DNA of 64,000 nucleotides from an uncultured Gammaproteobacteria bacterium (lineage in GTDB: Bacteria > Pseudomonadota > Gammaproteobacteria > GCA-001735895): positions 72,714 to 136,713 of the forward strand of contig CAMYLU010000005.1 in NCBI GenBank assembly GCA_947259485.1, written 5' to 3'. Below, one piece after another: positions 57,386 to 64,000 of the stretch; the first letter of the stretch is position 1, and every line of letters starts with the position of its first letter. The translations under genes and the position numbers were made by a program. Under the pieces are notes generated by a model. That model did no database searches. It saw nothing but the letters and a program-made list of their open reading frames with translations, and was not told the origin of the DNA.

Positions 57386-57571
57386 CGCAATTGTGTCTCC
57401 CCTCTTGCATGCATATTAAACCCAGAAAAGAGCGCTGCAACCGTAAACTCTCAAAAATTCGATCGCCGCGCGGATATATACCCAATAACCCCACGGTCTA
57501 TCCCAGAATAGCTATTCGTATATAAGGATCTACTAATATAATGGTGCTTCAACTTTAAGGGGGATCTAAAC

Positions 57572-58192
57572 ATGATCAAGCAATATATCGTTACATTAAT
57601 ACTTTTTTTAGGCCTGACCAGCGGCAGCGCGTTCGCAGCCGATACACCGGCCACTAACCCGGCTCAATCAGCCGAAATGACCAACCCGTTTGCCTGGATG
57701 GGCATGATGAATGCCGGGGTTCCGAACGTTCAACACCTGAACCTGGCACGTCCTGAAGGCTACCAGGTCTTCATGAACCCGATGAACTACGGACAATTCA
57801 TGAACCCGGCTACTTACGGCCAGTTCATGACACCACAGTTCTACATGCAGTTTGCCGATCCAAATAACATGATGGCCTGGATGAATCCCGCGGCTTATAG
57901 CGCATACATGAATCCGGCTTCTTACATGCAGATGATGAATCCAATGGCATATATGCAATTCATGAATCCCGGCACCTACATGCAGGGTATGAACCCGGCT
58001 AACTACCAGGTATTCATGGATCCCAATACATACATGTCCTGGATGAACCCGAATGCCTACATTCCGGGTGGGACTGCCAGTGCGGGTTATGCCAACCCGG
58101 CTGCAGGCTTTAACTGGTTCGATCCAAGTGCGTGGACCGGCATGATGACGCCACAAGCGCAATTACAGCCGCAGCAGCAACCACAGCAGTAA
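57572..58192 (+). CDS. Secreted Met/Asn/Pro/Tyr-rich tandem-repeat protein (about 12 copies of (F/M)MNPxxY(M/G)Q) with a Gln-rich tail
   Basis: Signal peptide MIKQYIVTLILFLGLTSGSAFA. Repeats FMNPMNYGQFMNPATYGQFM...YMNPASYMQMMNPMAYMQFMNPGTYMQGMNPANYQVFMDPNTYMSWMNP are read directly. The C-terminus is QLQPQQQPQQ. Confidence 0.7.
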   Translation: MIKQYIVTLILFLGLTSGSAFAADTPATNPAQSAEMTNPFAWMGMMNAGVPNVQHLNLARPEGYQVFMNPMNYGQFMNPATYGQFMTPQFYMQFADPNNMMAWMNPAAYSAYMNPASYMQMMNPMAYMQFMNPGTYMQGMNPANYQVFMDPNTYMSWMNPNAYIPGGTASAGYANPAAGFNWFDPSAWTGMMTPQAQLQPQQQPQQ

Positions 58193-58561
58193 TGAAGCAA
58201 TTGAAATGCGAATGCAAAAATGGGAAGCTCGGCACCTGAATTAGGCTCAATTTAACGACGGTAAAAAAGCTTCCCGCATTCGCGCTTCTTCTCCAGCTGG
58301 TGCCGGCACTGTTGCAGGCATCCACTTCGCGGGATCAGCAACCAGGCTACGACGGGTACCAACAATTACCCGGCAACATCGGTACTGATTAAAATCAATA
58401 GCAACGTTGGCCTACCTGCAGGTTACCGCTAAAACCATGTATCGATGACAATTAGCAGTGAATTGATATGAATCAATGTATAGACTGCCGGTAGGCATCA
58501 CAGTTAGTATTCAGTTTTTACCGCAGATTTCGCTAACCGTTGCAGACGAGGCATAGCTAAC

Positions 58562-58972
58562 ATGTACAACACAATTCTAGTACCCATCGATATGGGCCAC
58601 GTGGTCGAAGGCAAGTCAACTATCGATCTAGCCGCACAACACTCTGCCGAGGGCGCGAAGATAATATTGCTCAATGTTGTTGAAGAAATCCCAACCTGGG
58701 CGGCCGCTCAGCTACCCGCCAATATTATAAAGGAATCATTTGAAACCGTGCGCACCGAGATGAAGGCTATCGCCAAGGCAAGCGGCATGAAAATGGACGT
58801 GGAAGTCCGAGCCGGTCATTCTTACAACACTATTCTTGATGTAGCCAAGGAAAACGATGTCGATCTGATCATCATCGCATCGCATAGCCCCGGTTTGCAG
58901 GATTATTTCCTGGGTTCAACCGCGGCCAAGGTGGTACGCCACGCTAGCTGCTCAGTGCTGGTAGTTCGTTAA
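58562..58972 (+). CDS. Universal stress protein (UspA family)
   Basis: 136 aa. The IIASHSPGLQDYFLGSTAAKVVRHASCSVLVV C-terminus is the typical Usp ATP-binding region. Confidence 0.8.
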   Translation: MYNTILVPIDMGHVVEGKSTIDLAAQHSAEGAKIILLNVVEEIPTWAAAQLPANIIKESFETVRTEMKAIAKASGMKMDVEVRAGHSYNTILDVAKENDVDLIIIASHSPGLQDYFLGSTAAKVVRHASCSVLVVR

Positions 58973-59132
58973 ACGCAGAATTCAACACCACCCCGGCGTT
59001 CCTTGAACAAGCCTTCGGCGCCTTCCTATTCCAACGACGCCTCCCGCCGGGGCTCAATGCTGATCCCGATTACGGTCGGCAAATCAATAATAAATTTTCT
59101 GCAGACCACACATTTTGAACGAGTAATCAAAC

Positions 59133-60440
59133 ATGGCTGACAATAATTACGACGTCGTTATCGTTGGCGCGGGTATCATCGGTGCGGCCATAGGTTATGA
59201 ATTGACCAAAAAAGGACGTCGCACATTAAATGTCGAGATGCTTCCAGCGGCCGGGTACGGGTCGACGTCGAATTCCTGCGCCATTATCCGGCTCTACTAC
59301 TCGACTCTCGATGGCTGTGCGATGGCCTATGACGGCTACCACTACTGGAAGGAGTGGGCGCAATACCTGCAGGCACCCGAAGACGAGCCTTTAGCAAGTT
59401 TCATCGACTGCGGCACGCTGATCATGAAGACCGAGCAAAACGAAGGATTACGAAAACAACTTGTGCACCTGGATGCGCTCGGTATCACTTACCAGCACTG
59501 GTCCAACCAACAAATCCTTGAGCGCTTCCCTTTTTATGATCTTTCCAATTTTGCACCCGCCAAGCCACTCGATGACCCCGATTTTGGTGAGCCCACCAGC
59601 GGTGAGGTAAACGGCGCCATAATGTTTCCAAATGGCGGCTATATTACGGACCCGCAATTCGCTACCCGCAATATCCAGCTGGCTTCCGAGCGGGTGGGTG
59701 GTTCATTTCTTTTTAACAGCCGGGTGACCGAGATCCCGACAAAAGATGGGAAAGTCCAGGGAGTGGTGCTCGACGACGGAACACGTATCGATGCACCGGT
59801 GGTCATAAACGTTGCCGGCCCTCATTCCTCGCAAATTAACGCGCTTGCGGGAACCGATAAAGACATGAATATTTCGACCAGGGCGCTGCGACAGGAAGTT
59901 GTGCACCTACCCGCACCCGAGGGTGTGGATTACTTGTCCACCGGCTGCGTGACATCGGATAGCGACTCGGCCGTTTACACACGTCCTGAAGTCGGCAACA
60001 ACATTCTTATCGGCAGTGAAGATCCACCCTGCGACCAGCACGTCTATGTCGATCCGGATGATTACGATAAAGCTTTCTCTGACCAGTGGACCCTGCAGGC
60101 GCAGCGCCTGGCTCAACGTTTTCCGAGCCTGGGGATACCAAACACAATGAAAGGATGTGTCGACCTTTACGATGTCACCGAAGACTGGATTCCAATTTAT
60201 GATCGCTCCTGCATCGATGGCTTTTACCTGGCTTGCGGTACCAGCGGAAACCAGTTCAAAAATGCACCCGTCGCGGGAAAGGCGATGGCGGAATTAATAG
60301 AATACTGTGAGGCCGGTCATGACCACGATCGTGAACCGATGCAATACCACCTCAAGTATGTCGATCGCGAGATAAGTCTCGGAACCTTTTCGCGACTGCG
60401 TGAAATAAACCAGGACAGCAGCTTCTCGGTACTGGGGTAG
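59133..60440 (+). CDS. FAD-dependent oxidoreductase (DAO family; sarcosine/glycine oxidase-like)
   Basis: N-terminal dinucleotide-binding motif DVVIVGAGIIGAAIGYEL. Size is 435 aa. Confidence 0.75.
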   Translation: MADNNYDVVIVGAGIIGAAIGYELTKKGRRTLNVEMLPAAGYGSTSNSCAIIRLYYSTLDGCAMAYDGYHYWKEWAQYLQAPEDEPLASFIDCGTLIMKTEQNEGLRKQLVHLDALGITYQHWSNQQILERFPFYDLSNFAPAKPLDDPDFGEPTSGEVNGAIMFPNGGYITDPQFATRNIQLASERVGGSFLFNSRVTEIPTKDGKVQGVVLDDGTRIDAPVVINVAGPHSSQINALAGTDKDMNISTRALRQEVVHLPAPEGVDYLSTGCVTSDSDSAVYTRPEVGNNILIGSEDPPCDQHVYVDPDDYDKAFSDQWTLQAQRLAQRFPSLGIPNTMKGCVDLYDVTEDWIPIYDRSCIDGFYLACGTSGNQFKNAPVAGKAMAELIEYCEAGHDHDREPMQYHLKYVDREISLGTFSRLREINQDSSFSVLG

Positions 60441-60507
60441 TCACAATGTCGAAACACTATTTCACCGAGTAAGAGTTCGAAACTCGGAGTATCCGGGACG
60501 AGAACCG

Positions 60508-61755
60508 CTAAACGCCGGCGGACTTGGTAGCCGTGCCGTGCCAGCGTTCGACGACATCACGCATTGTAAAGCAGCGTTCGAGCTGGGCTAAATCGGGTGC
60601 TTCGAGGCCAGCGTCAGTCATGTAATCGCGCCAGGTTGCCGTCACCTCGAGTACCGCAGCGCCGATTTCGTGGGCGAGTTCGTCGGCCACACCCATGCGC
60701 TGCGCTGCTGCCTGGATATTGTCGGCGGTTGGGGTGCTCCCGAAAGGACCTATCGCGATGGCATGCGACCCCTGCAGGCTGAGCTGAGGCACGATATCGT
60801 AGCCGGGAGAGAACGAGTAATCCGAAACCGACGATTGCTTCATGAAAGCGTGGTTGCGCAGGTGGTCGTCGGTGTTACCGATCGCGACGTTGAACAGCAT
60901 GCGGCGAAACACGACCGCGCCAAGGTCGCTGGTCAGGTGCCCGATGCGCTTGCCGAGTTGGGTAAGACCGGGATACGACATCGTCGATTCGTCGATCTCG
61001 GTGATGTCGAATTTGTTGATCAGACTCGCTACCGAAACCAGGTGATGCTGTTCGTCGGGGGACTGGTCGAAGCGTTCCACCAGTAGCACCGGCCCGCGAC
61101 CGGTTTCCGTGAGGTCTACATCCGGCACCTCGATGCCGGCTTCGCGCGCCATACGCATCGATGCAAGCTCGACACGGCACATATCGACCAGGTCCGAATC
61201 GCGGTTGAATTTCGCGATCCATTCGCGGCCGTCGTGTTCGATCAGTGACTTGGGCCGCGCGCCGCCGATGCCGCTACCGTGGAAAAAGAAAGGCTCCAAT
61301 GCGCGGTCGACTTCGTTGCCGGCCTCGATATCATCGGCAATATGTTGCAAATGTACCAGGTTCTCGAACGGTCGTTCTGGCGGTGGCCGCACCGGGTCGT
61401 CGATATTCGGCGTGAAGTGCAATGCGCCCACGCCTTCACCCGAGGCGGCGAGCAGGAATTCCACTTGTGTGACCGGCGGTGGTTGGCGGGTTTTGGTGAG
61501 CCAACGCCTACCCCACTCGTCGGGCCCTGCGTCGATCAGAACGCCGAACATTGCCGGCGTGTCGCGGGTGCGGTGTTTAACATGGATGTCTCCGTTCAAG
61601 GGCAGGTTGATCGGGTCGAGGGCAAATGATTGCGGATGATTGATATAGGCTTTCGCGTACTTGAAGCGGCCGGCCTTGTCGTCAACAATCAATTGACCGG
61701 CGAGCAAGATCGTGCCGTCGCCGAGGTCCGCATGGATGAAGAGCTTCTCCAGCAT
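60508..61755 (-). CDS. hipA: HipA-family serine/threonine kinase toxin
   Basis: HipA N-terminal coupling domain. P-loop-like GSGIGGARPKSL. A catalytic region NTDDHLRNHAF matches the HipA D-x-H-x-x-N motif. Confidence 0.8.
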   Translation of the reverse strand: MLEKLFIHADLGDGTILLAGQLIVDDKAGRFKYAKAYINHPQSFALDPINLPLNGDIHVKHRTRDTPAMFGVLIDAGPDEWGRRWLTKTRQPPPVTQVEFLLAASGEGVGALHFTPNIDDPVRPPPERPFENLVHLQHIADDIEAGNEVDRALEPFFFHGSGIGGARPKSLIEHDGREWIAKFNRDSDLVDMCRVELASMRMAREAGIEVPDVDLTETGRGPVLLVERFDQSPDEQHHLVSVASLINKFDITEIDESTMSYPGLTQLGKRIGHLTSDLGAVVFRRMLFNVAIGNTDDHLRNHAFMKQSSVSDYSFSPGYDIVPQLSLQGSHAIAIGPFGSTPTADNIQAAAQRMGVADELAHEIGAAVLEVTATWRDYMTDAGLEAPDLAQLERCFTMRDVVERWHGTATKSAGV

Positions 61756-62105
61756 CAGATATCGAACTCGTCGGCATCCGACGCGAGTGGTGCGCGGGCG
61801 CGTTTACGCATGGCATTACGACCGAGAGCCTCACCCAGGGTATCGTCGCCACGGGCGATGACTCGATCGAACGCCGTCGGCAGTCCGAGCACGTCGAGCA
61901 GCGCAAGGTAAGCACCGACCGTGATGTGCGGTGAGCCGGCCTCGACTTTTCTGATCGAGCTCTCGGACAACCCGGCCTTGGTCGCGGCATCCGCCTGGGT
62001 CCAGTTTCTGAGCAAGCGGGCTTCTTTCAAGCGCGCACCGAGAGCGGCCAATGAACCCAGGGCTGCATCGCTGATCAAGGCATAGGAAAGTGAGCTTCTC
62101 GGCAT
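61755..62105 (-). CDS. hipB: XRE-family HTH antitoxin (HipB-like)
   Basis: HTH region LKEARLLRNWTQADAATKAGLSESSIRKVEAG. The stop overlaps the hipA start. Confidence 0.7.
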   Translation of the reverse strand: MPRSSLSYALISDAALGSLAALGARLKEARLLRNWTQADAATKAGLSESSIRKVEAGSPHITVGAYLALLDVLGLPTAFDRVIARGDDTLGEALGRNAMRKRARAPLASDADEFDI

Positions 62106-62125
62106 GGTGCGAATCGTATTTAAAA

Positions 62126-62350
62126 CAATTTATATAGTACGTCAATGCGAATTTATCAATTTATATAGACTAATTTCTATGAGCCGGCGCACATTGTTCA
62201 GTACATTAAATAGATATACGCTAGCATATCAGTTTATATAAACGTTTATTAGCGTTTAATCATGCTATATAACATTTTTATTTCCTGGGCCAGTGTATGT
62301 TTTTTAAATCACAATAATCGACGTGCAAATTTTTCAGTTTATATAGATCT
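62126..62350. promoter_or_regulatory. Four direct repeats CA(A/G)TTTATATA(G/A) in the AT-rich region upstream of hipBA
   Basis: Copies lie at 62126, 62155, 62228 and 62335, all upstream of the hipB start at 62105. Confidence 0.4.
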
Positions 62351-62477
62351 ATATTAACTATTAAACAGGTTTTATAACATGTTTTATTGGTTTTCGAGGC
62401 ACTTGTCGTCGCCTTCGTGCTGGTGATCGATATAGATTGATCTCGGATGCTGATATAGAGAGTTTCAAGGTCTTCTT

Positions 62478-62545
62478 GCCCGTTAGCGGACACTCAAAAC
62501 TAAGCGTTCAGGGGCGACCTTCGGCCATAAGCGGACGCCCGTGCT
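62478..62545 (-). repeat. Intergenic repeat family copy in inverted orientation
   Basis: Reverse complement reads GGCGTCCGCTTATGGCCGAAGGTCGCC...GTTTTGAGTGTCCGCTAACGG, nearly identical to the 34489 copy. Confidence 0.7.
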
Positions 62546-62546
62546 A

Positions 62547-63980
62547 TCAGGGGATGCCGGCCTTTGCGGCGGATTGCACGATCAATTCGATATCATTCGG
62601 CCGCCTGTAATAGTCGAAAATTGTCGAATAAGATTCCCGGTTTTCCCAGGGTCGCTCCTTCAACCGCAAGTCTATCGCTGCCTGCGCCTGTTCCCGGTTG
62701 TCTAAGGCGCCATGAATAAATACGGTGAAGTTTCTGATGTCCTCAACGTTGCCCTCGTGCTCGGCGTCCACGAGCGCTTTATTGTATTGTCCCAGAAAGA
62801 AATAGATGCGTGCCCGACCGCCGTAATATGCCGTCGGTGGCGTGGTATGCCGACCGATAGCGCGGTTGATAGATTCGAGCGCCGCGGCATGATTGCCGGC
62901 ATAGGATAAAACTGTAGCCAGGTCCGCGTGCAGCTGCGGATTGGCCGGATTGATGTTGACTGCGTTTTTGACCGAGGCAATGCCAATGTCGTGCGACCCG
63001 GTCAGCGCCTGCAGCAGGCCGAGGATGGCCAGTGCTTCGTCGTTGGCGGGGTCCAGTTCCAGCGCCTTGCCGGCGTTTTGATACACCATTTTTCTCCACG
63101 CAAGCGTTGTTTCGTCGGCGCGATCGCGCAGCTGCCAGTTGCCTAGGGCTTCGCGCGCGAGGCCGGTGTAGGCGGCGATGAACTGGGGGTCGAGTTCGAT
63201 TGCAACGTTATAAAACTCAACGATTCGGGCGCTACCTTTAGTACCGCGGCGATTGAGTCGCCGGTGTTCGGCGCGCAGAAAATAATCATAGGCTTCGAGG
63301 TTGGTGGTTTTGCGCTTGCTAACCGACTTGCCTTGTGTCGCCACCCCAAGGTTCTTCAAGATGTCGCCAATGATCTGGTCCTGCAGTGCAAAAATATTGT
63401 CGACCTTGTCGTCGAAGCGATTGACCCAGACCTCGCGGTTGCTTTGTGCATCGACCAGCTGCACGTTGACGCGGATTTCGTCCAGGTTCTGGCGCACGCT
63501 GCCCTGCACCAGGTAACCCACATTCAGCTGCCGGGCTATGTCTTGCGGGGCAATCTTCTTGTCCTTGAACTGGAAACTCGAATGCCGCGGGATCACTTGC
63601 AATTCCTTGACCTTTGATAAATCGGTGATCAGATCGTCGGTCAGGCCATCGGCAAAAACACCCTGCCCCGGGTCGTTGCTGCGGTTCTTGAACGGCAGGA
63701 TCGCGAGCGACGAAGCATTCGGGGTATAACTTTGCGGCAGGCTATTGGATTGCGCGACCGGTGGTGGGCTCGTGCTAAAAAACAGCATGAACCCGCCAAT
63801 CGTCAGGCCCACCGCGACAACCACGATGGCAAACATGACTAGCGGGCCGAATTTCAGTTCGGCGCCGGGAGACCTGATCTCGGGTTCGGTTGCTGGTGTG
63901 GGTTCGGGTTCGGCCTCCGCTACCGCGTCCGGCACCGGGATCGATGCGCCTGATTTGAGCGCGACGGAATAGGCGCGCAC
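62547..63980 (-). CDS. Membrane-anchored ILPF...DGLTDDLIT-domain plus TPR protein (paralogue 3; lacks the cyclase domain)
   Basis: A TM helix, then LAILPFKNRSNDPGQGVFADGLTDDLITDLSK...VRVNVQLVDAQSNREVWVNRFD, then TPR repeats. Same middle/TPR architecture as the two cyclase fusions. Confidence 0.65.
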   Translation of the reverse strand: MRAYSVALKSGASIPVPDAVAEAEPEPTPATEPEIRSPGAELKFGPLVMFAIVVVAVGLTIGGFMLFFSTSPPPVAQSNSLPQSYTPNASSLAILPFKNRSNDPGQGVFADGLTDDLITDLSKVKELQVIPRHSSFQFKDKKIAPQDIARQLNVGYLVQGSVRQNLDEIRVNVQLVDAQSNREVWVNRFDDKVDNIFALQDQIIGDILKNLGVATQGKSVSKRKTTNLEAYDYFLRAEHRRLNRRGTKGSARIVEFYNVAIELDPQFIAAYTGLAREALGNWQLRDRADETTLAWRKMVYQNAGKALELDPANDEALAILGLLQALTGSHDIGIASVKNAVNINPANPQLHADLATVLSYAGNHAAALESINRAIGRHTTPPTAYYGGRARIYFFLGQYNKALVDAEHEGNVEDIRNFTVFIHGALDNREQAQAAIDLRLKERPWENRESYSTIFDYYRRPNDIELIVQSAAKAGIP

Positions 63981-64000
63981 CGGACGCTGGATGTTCTTGA

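Noticed and set aside
57668-58162. 164-aa minus-strand ORF
   Set aside because: Antisense to the Met-rich repeat gene. The repeat structure and signal peptide support the plus-strand reading.

Overview
This 64 kb window comes from a sulfur-oxidising, CO2-fixing gammaproteobacterium-like genome of roughly 55% GC. The backbone genes are unambiguous. The 5' end carries the tail of the dsr locus (DsrP C-terminus, DsrN, and the Cys-less IscA-like DsrR). In place of dsrS it is followed by a three-gene signalling operon: a sensor kinase, a fused HTH-[2Fe-2S]-FNR-like oxidoreductase, and a NarL-type response regulator. Further on are a tRNA-Gly(CCC) locus with a degenerate second copy and a 40-nt tRNA fragment, ilvE, and a NhaP antiporter fused to a cNMP-binding domain. 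The minus strand from 15-28 kb holds a 12.8 kb co-directional Calvin-cycle operon: cbbF-cbbP-cbbT-cbbA-cbbL-cbbS-cbbQ-cbbO-gph-soxB. It encodes form IAq RuBisCO with the CbbQ/CbbO activase, and has a divergent LysR-type cbbR with a perfect palindromic operator. From about 29.9 to 42 kb the character changes. Small, functionally unrelated ORFs are separated by at least 11 copies of a conserved 70-140 nt intergenic repeat; a 12th, inverted copy lies at 62.5 kb. The ORFs encode a GNAT, a GST, an NTF2-like protein, RidA, a PhyH dioxygenase, an SAF-domain oxidoreductase, tiny hypotheticals, a DASS transporter, and two adenylate-cyclase-TPR paralogues. The core motifs of the repeat are GAGCGTCCGCTnCTGGCCGAAGATTGCC and GCGTCTGCTATTGAGAAA. 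The repeats share one orientation and sit 20-40 nt 3' of nearly every minus-strand ORF. The GNAT gene is bracketed by a perfect 14-nt inverted repeat. This looks like a cassette array, either a chromosomal integron-like attC array or a MITE/REP-colonised accessory island, but no integrase lies in the window. This is the most unusual structure here. The 3' third contains a YajD-type HNH gene, a periplasmic thioredoxin-like and BNR-propeller pair, an RND pump with its adaptor, and a secreted DUF255 thioredoxin-domain protein. It also holds an unusual ExbB/TolQ-like three-gene membrane module, convergent with a coiled-coil OmpA lipoprotein and divergent from a striking Met/Asn/Pro/Tyr tandem-repeat secreted protein. 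Last come UspA, an FAD oxidoreductase, a hipBA toxin-antitoxin pair with four upstream direct repeats, and a third TPR paralogue. No CRISPR array, rRNA or recognisable transposase or integrase is present.
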